Below are positions 50,329-64,000 of a DNA stretch of 64,000 nt, piece by piece. The position numbers were made by a program, and so were the translations under genes. Numbering within the stretch: the stretch's first letter is position 1; every line of letters begins with the position of its first letter. The notes below the pieces were generated by a model that did no database searches, was not told the origin of the DNA, and saw only the letters and a program-made list of their open reading frames with translations. This stretch comes from the human T2T-CHM13v2.0 reference genome, Homo sapiens: assembly GCF_009914755.1 (NCBI RefSeq), contig NC_060926.1. One strand, given 5' to 3'.

Positions 50329-51004
50329 CTATTCCCCATTAATTTTTATTTTTCAATTTTAGAAGAAATATCATTTATGTTTGTTTTGGTTTTGGTTTCA
50401 AAAAAGTTGATGCACTTTTGATCTAGCCCTGGTGCTCAGAGATGAGCCAGCTTGTTCTGCTCTGTAGGCTTAAAAGAGCTTTTTAAATAGCAAAACAATA
50501 AAATAATTCAGTTATCATAACTTTTCCCAAAAAGACCTTCTAACTTGAGAAGACCGGATCTTCTGTCTCATAGAACACTGAATACTGTACTCTTCTTGCT
50601 TCCTTCAAAATCTTAGAACCAAAGACCTCGTCAGAATACCGTTCATAGATAATTAATGCAGCTCCAGTTGTTTAATTGCAAGACTTGGCCTTGATTTTTG
50701 GTTATTTAATTCTCTCAGTAAAATGTAGCTGTTTTTAAAGCACCAGTTTTATGAGCACATGCTGTACTCATTGATGCTATGGAGTCCTTTGCATCTTTTC
50801 CCAGCTGGCAAAGTTTTTATAATGACATCTTAGGGATGAGACCATTAGAGAAAGAGAACCCATCTCGGGATTTACTGGGCAAATTAATCCTTTAAATTAG
50901 TACTTGCCCCAGGCCAGGATACCTCTCCTGTGGGGCTGTGGCATTAAGGGGGAAGAAGGTAAATACAATTGAGAGAGAAAATATTTAATAGCTTTCAAGT
51001 AAAA

Positions 51005-51165
51005 CATATCTGGGCTTCAATAGTACTATCACTATGTTGCTTTGCACAAGTCCTAATAGCTATTAAAGTCTCAATTTTCTCATCTGTAAAATGAGATCTT
51101 GCAGGGCCATTGTAAGAATTAAGTGGGTTAATGGATATAAAGCATTTGGCCTACAGCAAGCTTGT
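51005..51165 (+). mobile_element. MIR SINE
   Basis: TCTCAATTTTCTCATCTGTAAAATGAGAT core. Confidence 0.7.
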
Positions 51166-52125
51166 AACATAATTTAAATCCCCCTGGAAAAAGAAAACCT
51201 GAAGTTTAAAGACAGAATCAGAACTGAAAGCAAGAACAGAAGCACTTCCTCTTAGAATCAGACATCCGGACCACACTCCTTGCCCTGACAGAGCGTAGGA
51301 CATCTAGAAGGTTAGAGGAGAAGTCTGACTGTCATGGGGAGGAAGTTTGCCTAAACCAAGGCTGGTGCCCTCTCTAAAGCAGTTCAAAAGAATTTGAAAA
51401 CACCAGCTCTGAGCACCCCACATAGCTTGTCAACTCACCCCATGTTATCTCAGTCATGATGACTCAACACTAGAGCCTGGCTTGGCCAGAGCACTGAGGC
51501 TACAGCCTTCTGTAAACAAGACCAAGGACACAGGACAGCAAGAAAGAAGACAGACAGGTCACTCTCCTGGCTACTTCTATCCAAACCTGTATATCAAAAG
51601 AAGAGAACTTCTCTCATTCACACTGCAGGAGAGGGTACAGGAGCAGAAGGAGTAAAGAGGAGATGGGACTTGGCTTAAGCACTGAAACAAATTGTGTGTC
51701 TGCACCCTAAACTGTCAACCCTGGCTATTCTTCAAGGTAAAGAAGAGGGCCCTAAATAATCATTTATGAATCATGTGGTCCAGGCACTCTCCCAGAGATC
51801 ACTTCTCTCACTCCTCACCACATCTCTATTGGTAAAATATTATACTCCCTCTTTTAGTGAGGAGCAGAGGCTCTGAGAGACTATCAAGCTGTCCAAAGTT
51901 AAACAACTGAATCAGAACAGAAATTAGAACACAGGTCTTTCTGACATCTTACAAAACCAGTTAACATAGAATTCTGTATTTGGTATATAGAGTGTTTTCA
52001 TTTTTGTGAGTTTGGGTTTTTGTTTGGTCAGTTATATTCAGGGGGTTCTTATTCTCCCCTAAATACTATTAAGTCATAGATATAAAATCCAACCCACTTC
52101 TTTTTAAAGACTTTGGATAAAACGC

Positions 52126-52952
52126 TGAGATGGGAGAGATCCCTTGACCCCTTCCTGGGACTTGCAACACTGGTGTGGCTCATTTTACTCAGCTACCACC
52201 CTCGAACCCCTTGTGGAAAGGGGAGCACACAGGTGAGCAGGTGCAAGAGCCAGGGCAAGTGCCTTTGGCCACCAGCCAGCCCACAGCAGCATCTAGGAGT
52301 TGCCCGCGACCTCTGGAGCCCCAGAAAGCATGTGTTACAAACAATGCTCTTTTAGCTTTCCCATCCACGGATGGCTTAAGTGCTGAACAGCTCAGTGAAG
52401 AGTCAGTGTGACAGCCTTTTTGGGTCCCCACACCCAATGCATCTCGAATTCTTGTCTGGCATCCAGGAAGAATCAGGTCATACGAACGGATCAAAGGATG
52501 GTGTATGCAGAAGATTTTATTGAGCAATGGAAGTGGCTCTCAGCAGGATGGGGAGCTAGAAAGTGGATGGAGTAGGAAGATAGTCTTCACCTTCCCCTTG
52601 CGGGAGGGGGAGCACACAGGTGAGCAGGCGCAGGAGCCAGGGTGCCTCCCAACCATCCCCAACTGAACTCCTCTCAACGTTCAGATGCTTCTTCTCAACG
52701 TTCAGATGCTTCTTCTCTTCTCTCCTCCTCTGCCATGCCACTCTGCTCCTCTGCCAGTGGAGCTTGGGCCTTTTATGAGTACAGAATGGGGGGCTTGGTG
52801 GGCCAGGGTCATTTTGGAAAAGGCAACATTTGGGCAGGAAAACAGGAATGCATGTTTTCATTTAGGGCCATGGGTCCAGGCCTGAGGATGAAGCCCTCTC
52901 CAGGGACCCCACCTTCTTCTACCCAGTATTTCCCTGCCTCCTGTCCATATCA
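52126..52952 (-). mobile_element. ERV1 LTR of the MER52/LTR27/LTR28 group, internally shortened
   Basis: Reverse complement begins TGATATGGACAGGAGGCAGGGAAATACTGGGTAGAAG; TG..CA termini. Confidence 0.8.
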
Positions 52953-53535
52953 ATACTTTAATTAGCCTTAATGTTAAATCTGTTCTGAAGTCTTCAGATT
53001 TCAATAATCATTTCTTTATTACCATAATTAATGTAAATAATTCAAGAAAGTGGAAATTCTAACCCTATTGGGCTTTTCCCACAAGTGCCTGGTGCTTATC
53101 TGAAATAATGAACTAATTTCTCCTTGCTGCATCCATATATGAATCCAAAAACTGAGCAGTCCTTAGAAATGATCATTAGGCCTTCTCAGGTAGGCAGCAG
53201 GAAAAGCTGAAAGAATCTCAAAGGATCTGCAGCCAGGACATCCATTTAAAGAGGTAATATATGCTTCTATATAATTTATTATTTCTAACCTTGTTCCATT
53301 AGTTTTCACCACAAAAATTATTTCCAATTTTTCACCCACTTTATGCCAAACAGCAGGGGATGAATTACTACACCTCTTTAAAGGTTCTCAGAATTTCATG
53401 CAGTCTGAGTTACGAAAACAGAAAATGCAGGTTTCAAGCCAATAGTGTTTGCTTTGTTGAGTGAACTGAATTATTACATGTAAAAGGAATCCTATTTGCT
53501 AAGGATATTACTTTAATGGAGGTTTAGTTTTGAGC

Positions 53536-53844
53536 TTTTTATTTATTTTATTTTTTTTTTTTTTAGACAGAGTCTCACTCTGTCACCCAGGCTGGAGTGC
53601 AGTGGCACAATCTCGGCTCACTGCAACCTCTGCTTCCTGGGTTCAGGCAATTCTCCTGCCTCAGCCTCCTGGGTAGCTTGGGACTACAGGCACGCACCAC
53701 CACGCCCAGCTAATTTTTGTATTTTTAGTAGAGACAAGGTTTCACCATGTTGGCCAGGATGGTCTCGATCTCTTGACCTCGTGATCCACATGCCTTGGCC
53801 TCCAAAAGTGCTGGTATTACAGGCATGAGCCACCATGCTCAGCC
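53536..53844 (-). mobile_element. AluSc-like SINE
   Basis: CCAGGATGGTCTCGATCTCTTGACCTCGTGATCC diagnostics. Confidence 0.95.
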
Positions 53845-54872
53845 ATGGTTTTAATTTTTTTTAACAACATATTGCTCCACCAGAAACAAGCACATTAACT
53901 AGCTTAGTTCCTGTGGTTGGTTGGTTTATTCTTATTTCACTGGAGATGTTCTCTTTTTTTTTTTTCAATTAAAAAAAACTTTGTGCTTCAAAATTTAAAC
54001 CCGAAACACAAACTTATCTCACAGGAAGTTTATTCTCAGAAATGTTTTTCTAGGACAAGTATCTGTTTTCCCTTAGTGCCCCCCAACACAGCATATACAT
54101 GTTAATTACTTAATTTCAGTTTATAATAATTGAAGTTCCGTTAATTTGTGAGATTATACCCAGATCACACACACACTCTAAAAATATTCCTAGTTGTATT
54201 CTAGTTTTACTAACTGCCAAAGGTTTTTTGCAATAATCTCAGTCACCCACTGGAGATGTTCTTAAGCCCTGAGAAGACAGATCATCATTCACAGAAATAG
54301 ACAGCACTGAGCAAAAACACATTGCTGTCCATCCATCTTCATCTTTTAGTAATCAACAAGTGCTTTCAAAATACTATGAGTTAGATAGATCAACATGTTA
54401 ATTAATCTTCTTAGAATTTGAAATTCATCATCTAGATATTTTCCTATTGTTTGTTGTATTATTCCTGGCAACGGTAACCAACTTTATTTTAATTGGTAGC
54501 CAATCATTATAAAATTTTTGATGACTGACTCTATATTTTTGCCAAACAGAGTTGCCCAATGTTTTCCCCCATTAAAACAAACATATAAGTAGTTGAAAGA
54601 AAAAGCAAACAAACAATTTACAAGTCAGAAAGCCCTAGAACTGAGGTGGTATGCTGATATGCTCGCAACAAAATGCTTGATCTAATACTTAGGACATAAG
54701 CTAGATGCAAGCAACTCAGCACTCAACATAAAAGTTTTGCTAAGATTAATTTGGTTTTAGAAAAGCAAAGCTGACCTAGGCATATTGACTTGAATCCATG
54801 GTAGGATTCTGCTAAATACCTCTAGAAGTGTCTGTGATTTGCTATCTGTGTGTAAAAACATATAAACAATCA

Positions 54873-55206
<334 letters not shown>

Positions 55207-55909
55207 TTATAAACAATCAAAGCTTCTTTTAAAACCCTGAATTATTTTTCTTTGTACTTTGATATCTTTGCAAATGAATAAGCCTATTAGCAGAGGGAAT
55301 TATTTCCGTGGAGAGGCTTAAACACATATGTACGGTTATATGTTATAACATCTCAGTTAACTACAATGGTGGGGGGGAATGGAGTGCTCTAAATAATTGG
55401 ATTTTATAGTTAAGTTCATTAAAGAAGCTAAATGAAACCCTATAACATGTGACACTAATAATCACCCACTATTTTTAAAACTTTCTTCTTCTTTGGATTC
55501 CGTGACATTCCCTTCTACTAATTATTTTCCTATGTGCTGACCATCCTTCTGATTATTTCTCATTTCTCTTACTCTTCAACATCCCCCAAATATTTCCACA
55601 TTTCTTTCCTCAATAACTGTTCTTTATACCTATTTAATGCAATCAGCCTTTCACACGCCTTCCATTATCAACTCTATGTAAATAGTATCACCAGAACAAA
55701 TTGCTGTGGTAGAGAGATGAAGGAAGGAAAAAAGCAAAGAGAATGAGCAAGACAGAGAGAGAGGGAAAGGGAGGGACAGCTTACTCCTAAAATATTTTCC
55801 CCCAGCTTCTCCCCCAAGTTCCAGACCCACTTTTCCAACCTCAAGGTGAACATTTCCAGTTGAATAACATCTTACTCAAAAGTTGTTGAAACCACATCTT
55901 TAAAATAAT

Positions 55910-56478
55910 GTTTTATTGAGCTATGTTTGATATAAAATTAACTGCATATATTTAAATGTAGTTTGATACATTTTGACATATGTATACACCCATGAAATTA
56001 TAATGAAAATAGTAAACATATGCTCACTGCCCAAAATTTCCTCATGCCTTTTCATAATCCCTTTCTCACTCTTCACCACAGACCCTCCCTTAGTTGACCC
56101 TCCCATACCCAAAGAAATTGATTTAATTTTTGTCAATATAGATTTGTTTGCATTTTATAGTTTCACATGAATGAAATCACACAGTATATACTCTTTTTAG
56201 ATTAGCTTCTTTAACTCATAAAGCATAATTAGATTTGTCCTTGTTGTTGAATGTATCCACGGTGCATTCTTCTTTGTTGTTGAGTAGTATTGCATTGTAT
56301 ACCATGCATTATATGCCGTGCATGGTACACCACAATTTGTTTACCCACTCACCTGTTGATAGAAATTTGGGTTGCTTATAGTTTGGGACTATTGCAAATG
56401 AAGCTATATGAACATTAGTGTACAAATCTATATGTGAACATATATTTCTTTTTCTATTGGGTAAATAAATATATTGGA
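55910..56478 (-). mobile_element. Old L1MB/MC 3' UTR fragment
   Basis: TTTTATTGAG..AACTGCATATATTTAAA..ACCCACTCACCTGTTGAT. Confidence 0.75.
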
Positions 56479-57705
56479 GGACTATTAGATTGTAGGTCTT
56501 ATTCATTCTTTTTATTTTTTTCATACCCATTAACCATCCCCACCTCCCTCCTTGCCCACTTGCTTCCCTCCAAGCCTCTGGTAACTATCCTATTCTCTAT
56601 CTCCACGAGTTCAATAGTTTCAATTTTTAAATCCCACAAATAAGTGAGAACATGTGATATTTGTCTTTCTGTGTTTGGTTTATTTCACTTAACATAATGA
56701 CCTCAAGTTCCATCCATGTTGTTGCAGATGAGAAACTTATTTTTTATTGCTGAATAATACTCCATTGGGCATAAGTACCACATTTTCTTTACTGAAATTC
56801 ATCTCTTGATGGACACTTAGGTTACTTCCAAATCTTGGCTATTGTGAACGGTGCTGCAACAAACATGGGAGTGCAGGTATCTCTTTGATAGACTGACTCC
56901 CATTCTTTTGGGTATGGAACCAGCAGTGGAATTGTTGGATCACATGGTAGCTCTATTTCTGGTTATTTGTGGAACCTCCAAACTGATCTACATAGTGGTT
57001 ATACTAATTTACATCTCCACCAACAGTGTATGAGGGCTCCCTTTTCTCTACATCCTTGCCAGCATTTGTTATTGCCTGACTATTGGGGAAAAGTCGTATT
57101 AACTGGGGCAAGATGATATCTCATGGCAGTTTTGATTCACAAATCTCTGGTGATCAATGACATTGAGCACCTTTTCACATGCCTCTTGCCATTTGTGTGT
57201 CTTCTTTTGAGATGGGTCTATTTAAATATATTGTCCTTTTTTTAAATCAAATTATTAGATTTTTTGTACAGTTGTTTGAGCTCCTTATATATTCTGGTTA
57301 TTAATCCTTTGTCAGATGCGTGGTTTGCAGATATTTTCTCCCATTCTGTGGGTTGTCTCTTCACTTTGTTGATTGTCTCCTTTGCTGTGCAGAAGCTTTT
57401 TAACTTGATGTGATCCCATTTCTTCATTTTTGCTTTGGTTGCCTGTATTTGTGGGGTACTACTCAAGCAATTTTTGCCCAGACCAATGTCCTGGAGAGTT
57501 TCCCCAATGTTTTCTTGTAGTAGTTTCATGCTTTAAAGACTTAGATTTTTGTCTTTAATCCATTTTGATTGGATTTTTTTACAAGGCAAGAGATAGCAGT
57601 CAAGTTTTATTCTTTTGCATATCGATGTCCAGTTTTCCCAGCACCATTTATTGAAGAGACTGTCTGTATTAGCCCATTCTTGCATGGCTATAAAGACACA
57701 TCTGA

Positions 57706-58352
<647 letters not shown>

Positions 58353-60648
58353 TTATAAAGAAAAACCCTGATCATGATCAGCAGGCTGTACAGGAAGCAA
58401 GCATGATGCTGGAATCTGCTTGGCTATGGGGGAGACCTCAGGAATCTTACAATCATGGCAGAAGATGAATAGGGAGCAGGCACATCACATGGCCAGAGCA
58501 GGAGCAAGATACATACGGCAAGGTGCCACACACTTTTAAACAGCCAGATTTCACATAAAGTCACTCACTATCACCAGAATGGCACCTGAAGGATGGTGCT
58601 AAACCATTTATGAGAAATCAGCCCCCATGATCCAATTACTTTCACTAGGCCCCACCTCCAATACGGGGGATTACAATTCACCAAGAAATTTGGACAAGGA
58701 CACAGATCTAGACTGTATCATTCCACCCTTGACCCCTCTCAAATCTCATCTCTTTCTCACATTTCAAAACACAATCATGCCTTCCCAATAGTCCTCCCAA
58801 AGTCTTAGCTCATTCCAGCATTAACTCTGAATTTCAAGTCCAAAGTCTCATCTTATATTCATCTCCTTCCACCTATGAGCCTGTAAAATCAAATCCCAAG
58901 GTACAATGGGAGTATGGCATTAGGAATGCTCCAAAAGGGAGAAATCAACCAAAAGAAAGAGACTACAGGTCTCACACAAGTTCAAAACCCAGCAGGACAG
59001 TCACTGAATCTTAACGCTCCCAAATAATCTCCTTTGACTCCATGTCCCACATCCAGGTCACAGTGGTTCAGGGAGTGGGTTCCCAAGGCCTTAGGCAGTT
59101 CTGCCCCTGTGAATTTGGAGGGTTCAACCCCCACAGCTACTCTCATGAGCTGGCATTAAGTGTCTGTGGGCTTTTCCAGGCACACTGTCAGGGGATCTAC
59201 CACTATGAGGTCTGTGGGACAGCAGCCCTCTTCTCATTGCTCCACTAAGCAGTGCCCTAGTGGGGACTCTGTGAGGGGTCTCCAACCCCACAATTCCCCT
59301 CCACACTGCCCTAGTAGAGGTTCTCCATGAGGGCTCCATCCCTGCGGTAGGCTTCTGCCTAGACACACAGGCTTTTCCATACATCCTCTGAAATCTAGGT
59401 GGAGGCTCCTAAGCCTCAACTGTTGCACTCTGTGCACCTGCAGGCTTAACACTACATGGAAGCCACCAAGGCTTATGGCTTGTATCCTCTGAAGCAGCAG
59501 CTCAAGCTGTACCTGAGCCCCTTTGAGCCATGGATGGAGCAGAAGTGGCTGGGAGGTGGTGGAGCAGTGTCCTGAGGCTGCGCAGAGTACTGGGGCTTTG
59601 GGCCTGGCCCACAAAACCATTCTTTACTCCTAGGCCTCAGGGCCTGTGATGGGAGGGGCTGCCTCAAAGGTCTCTGAAATGCTTTTGAGGCCTTTTCCCC
59701 ATTGTCTTGGCTATCAGTACTTGACTTCTCTTTCATTATGCAAATCTTTCTAGCATGTGGTTGCTCCACAGCCTGCCTTGCAACTTCTGCCTGTTACCCA
59801 GTTCCAAGTCTGCTTCCACATTTTCAGGTGTCTTTATAGCAATGACCCACTCCTAGGTACAAATTTTCTGTATTAGTCAATTTTCACATTGCTATAAAGA
59901 AATACCTGAGACTGAGTAATGTATAAAGCAAAAAGGTTTTATTAGCTTATGGTTCTGCATGCTGTACAGGAAGCATGATGCTGGCATCTGCTCAACTTCT
60001 AGGAGGGTCTTATGAAACTTACAATCTGTGGCAGAAGGTAGGGAACAGCATGCACATGACATGGGAAGAGCTGGAGCAAGAGAAGGAGAGCAAGGTGCCA
60101 TACACTTTCAAACAGCCAGATCTCGTGAGAACTCACTATTGTGAGGAAAGCACCAACAGGATGGTGCTAAATCATTCATGAGAAATCCAACCCATGATCC
60201 AATCAATCCCACCAGGTCCTACCTCCAATACTACGGACTACAATTCAACATGAAATTTGGGCTGGGACACATATCCAAACTATATCACTGTCTTTTCCCT
60301 AATCTATGTTCTTGACAACTGTGTCAAAAATGAGTTCATTGTAGGTATATGAATTAGTTTCTGGGTTGTCTTTGCTGTTCCATTGGTCTATGTGTCTATT
60401 TTTATGCCAGTACCATGTTGTTTTGGTGACTATAGTTTTAGAATATAATTTGACGTCAGGTAATGTGATTCCTCCAGTTTCATTCATTTTGCTCAGGATA
60501 GTTTTGGCTATTGTAGGACTTCTGCAATTCCATGTAAAGGTTAGGATTGTTTATTCTATTTCTGTGAAGAATGTCACTGGGCTTTTGATAGGGAGTGCAT
60601 TGAGTCTGCAGACTGCTTTGGCTAGTATGGACATTTTAACAATATTGA

Positions 60649-61025
<377 letters not shown>

Positions 61026-62000
61026 AGTGTTATATAGTTTTAACTGTAGAGATCTTTCACTTATTTGGTTAAGTTCATTCCTAAGTATTTAACTTTATTC
61101 ATAGCTATTGTAAATGGGATTAATTTCTTGATTTCTTTTTCAGATTGTTTGCTATTGGCATATAGAAGTGCTACTGAATTTTATATAAATTTATGCTGTA
61201 TGTTAATTTTGTATCCTGCAACTTTACTGAATTTGTTTATCAGTTCTAATAGGGTTTTTTGGTGGAGTATTTAAGTTTTTCCATATATAAGATTATATCA
61301 TCTGCAAACAAGGATAATTTGGCTTTTTCCATTCCAATTTGGATACCCTTTATTTCTTTCTCTTGTCTAATTGCTCTGGCTAAGATTTCCAGTACTATGT
61401 TGAAGAATAGTGATGAAAGTGGGCAAACTTGTCATGTTCCACATCTAAGAGGAAAGGCTTTCAGTGTTTCCCCATTCAGTATGATGCTGGCCATGGGTCT
61501 TATTTATTTATTGAGGTATATTCCTTCTATACCCAGTTTTTTGAGAGTTTTTATCATGAAGGGATGTTGGACTGTAATGCTTTTTCAGCATCAGTTGAAA
61601 TGATCATATGGTTTTTGTCCTTCATTCTGTGGATATGATGTATCACATTGATTGATTTGCATGTGTTGAACCATCCTTTCATCCCTGGGATAAATACCAC
61701 TTGGTCATGATGATTAATCTTTTTAATGTATTGTTGAATTCAGTTTGCCAGTATTTTGTTGAGGATTTTTGCATCAGTATTCATCAGAAAACTTGGCCTG
61801 TAGTTTTCCTTTTTTGATGTGTCTTTGTCTGGTTTTGGTAGCAGGATAATACTGGCCTCATAGAATGAGTTTGAGAGTAATCCCTTTTTTCCGTCTTTTG
61901 GAACAGTTCGAGTAGAATTGGTATTAGTTCTTCTTTAAATGTTTGGTAGAATTCAGTGTTAAAGCCATTGGGCCCACACTTTTCTTTACTAGGAGACTTT

Positions 62001-62374
62001 TTTTTTTCTTCAAATTTTATTTTAAGGGTACATGTGCAGGTTTGTTACACAGATAAATGTGTGCCATGGTGGTTTGCTGCACAGATCATTCCATCACCTA
62101 GGTAGTAAGCCCAGTGGCCATTAGCTATTCTTCCTGATTCTCCCTCCCCTCAATACCCACCCTCCAACCAACAGGCCCCAGTGTGTGTTGTTTTCCCTTA
62201 TGTGTCCATGTGGTCTCATTGTTCAGCTCCCACTTATAACTGAGAACGTGTGATGTTTGGTTTTTTGTTCCTGCGTTAGTTTGATGAGGATAATGTCTTT
62301 CAACTCCATACATGTTCTGCAAATAACATAATCTTATTCCTTTTTATGGCTGCATAGTATTGCCTGGTGTATCC
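62001..62374 (-). mobile_element. 5'-truncated L1PA8/10-like 3' end
   Basis: GGGTACATGTGCAGGTTTGTTAC..GGTGGTTTGCTGCACAGATCA..CAGGCCCCAGTGTGTG. Confidence 0.85.
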
Positions 62375-62882
62375 TTGCCTCATAGAATGAGTTTGGAAGT
62401 ATTCCCTCCTCCTCTATTTTTCAAAATAGTTTGAGTAGGATTGATATTAGTTCTTTTTCAAATATTTGCTAAAATTCAGCAGTGAAGCCATTGGATTCCA
62501 GGCTTTTCTTTGCTGGGAGACTTTTTATTACAGCTTTAATCTTGTTACTTGTTATTGGTCTGTTCAGATTTTAGATTTCTTCATGGTTCAGTTTTGGTAG
62601 GTTGTCTGTGTCGAGGAATTTATCCATTTCCTCTAGAATTTCCAATATATGGGCATGTAGTTGCTCATATTAGCCACTAATAATCCTTTGAATTTCTGTG
62701 GTATCAGTTGTAATGTCTCCTTTTTCATCTCTGTTTTTATGTATTTGAGTCCTCTCCATTTTTCCCTTACTCTGGCTAAATGTTTGTCAATTTTGTTTAT
62801 CTTTTGAAAAAAACCAACTTTTTGTTTCATTGGTCTTTTGTATTGTTTTCCTCATTTCAAATTCATTTATTTCTGCTTCAAC

Positions 62883-64000
62883 TTTTTTTATTTATTTTTT
62901 TTAACCTCTGAACTTTTTATTGGCTTCGGGCTCCCCAAAGGATACCCTGCTTCTGCTGGCTTAATGCCTCAGAATTTTGGTGTCATTGGTCTCAGACACC
63001 ACTTTGCCATCCACTATCTGGCGGGTCTATCTGGCGGGTGGTGGTCTTTTGGATGGTTTGCATGGAGTTGCTGCAGTCCAGGGTATCACCAAGATTGAAG
63101 TCCTTGCCATCTTCCAGCAGGCGGCGGTAGGTGGCGATCGCAGCCTCCAGCTTGACCTTGATGTTCAGCAGGGCCTGGTACTCCTGGGCCTGGCACTGTC
63201 CCTCTGCCCAGGTTTGTGCCAGCTCTGACTCCAGGTGTAGCAGGATCCCATTGAGCTGCTCCATCTGCAGGGCATAGCGGGCCACTACCTCCCTCAGGCT
63301 GTTCTCCAAACTGGCCTTCAGATTTCTCATGGAGTCTAGGTTGATCTCCAAGAACTGGACTGTACGTGTCAGCTCTGTGAGCATCGCCTTAGCAGCTCCA
63401 ACCTCGGTGGACTGTGTGGTGACCACTGTGGTGCTCTCCTCAATCTGCTGAGACCTGTTATTGTCCAGCTCCTCTCTGTTCTTCTGAGCCACCTCGTCAT
63501 ATTGGGCCCAGATGTCTGCCATGATCTTGGCGAAGTCCTGAGATATGGGGGCATCTACCACCACAGTCAACCCAGAGCTGGCAATCTGGGCTTGTAGGCC
63601 TTTTACTTCCTCTTCATGGTTCTTCTTCATAAGAGCAGCTCCTCCTTGAAAGCCTGGATCTCTGTCTCCAGCTGCAGCTGAGTGACATTGGTGTCATCAA
63701 TGACCTCGCAGAGCCCATGGATGTCGTTCTCTACTGGCTGGCACATGGCCAGCTCTGTCTCACAGTTGACTCTAAAATCATCAGCAGCAAGGCGGGCATT
63801 GTCAATCTGCAGAACGATGTGGGCATTATCCACAGTATTTGCGAAGATCTGGGCCCTCAGGTCCTCCATAGTCTTGAAGTAATGGCTCCAGTCTCTGTCC
63901 GGGGATCCCTTCTTCTCCAGGTGCTCCCGGATTTTGCTCTCCAGCCTCCAGTTCTCATTCTCCAGCCTCCTCACTCTGTCCAGGTAGGAGGGCAGGCAGT
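62883..64000 (-). pseudogene. KRT18: Processed keratin-18 pseudogene (5' part lies beyond the window)
   Basis: Intronless KRT18-like translation (RLESKIREHLEKKG..IDNARLAADDFRV..EYQALLNIKVKLEAAIATYRRLLEDG..NSMQTIQKTTT); 1-nt frameshift at ~63630; 13-bp duplication at 63014-63039; native stop at 62961-62963; AATAAA at 62916-62921; decayed poly(A). Confidence 0.96.

Overview
AT-rich primate (very likely human or ape) genomic DNA, intergenic or deep-intronic, made up mostly of transposable-element debris. No intact cellular gene or RNA gene can be supported. Apart from the KRT18 pseudogene, the ORFs in the track lie in Alu, L1, LTR or simple-repeat sequence, or are short frames with no recognisable product. 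Main elements: (1) a nested L1 stack at ~16.3-27.2 kb, in which an old L1M host contains a near full-length L1PA15/16-like element carrying two Alus and a MER11 solo LTR; (2) an ancient two-LTR MLT1 provirus split by L1MA (27.6-33.2 kb); (3) a full-length but disrupted L1PA5-like element (34.4-40.5 kb); (4) an LTR12C solo LTR inside an Alu (42.6-43.9 kb); (5) a two-LTR MSTA provirus (57.7-60.3 kb); (6) a minus-strand processed KRT18 pseudogene running off the right edge. I found no convincing new biological system. The most interesting signals are records of unusual retro-insertion or DNA-repair events: an HMGN1 3'UTR fragment and a foreign L1 ORF2 fragment that each patch a deletion without TSD or poly(A), two L1 3' transductions, an open L1 ORF0 reading into the adjacent Alu, three insertions at one 14-bp target, a ~145-bp candidate TSD, and a possible gene-conversion tract between neighbouring L1PA5 copies. 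Family and subfamily names come from my recall of consensus sequences, not from a RepeatMasker or BLAST run.
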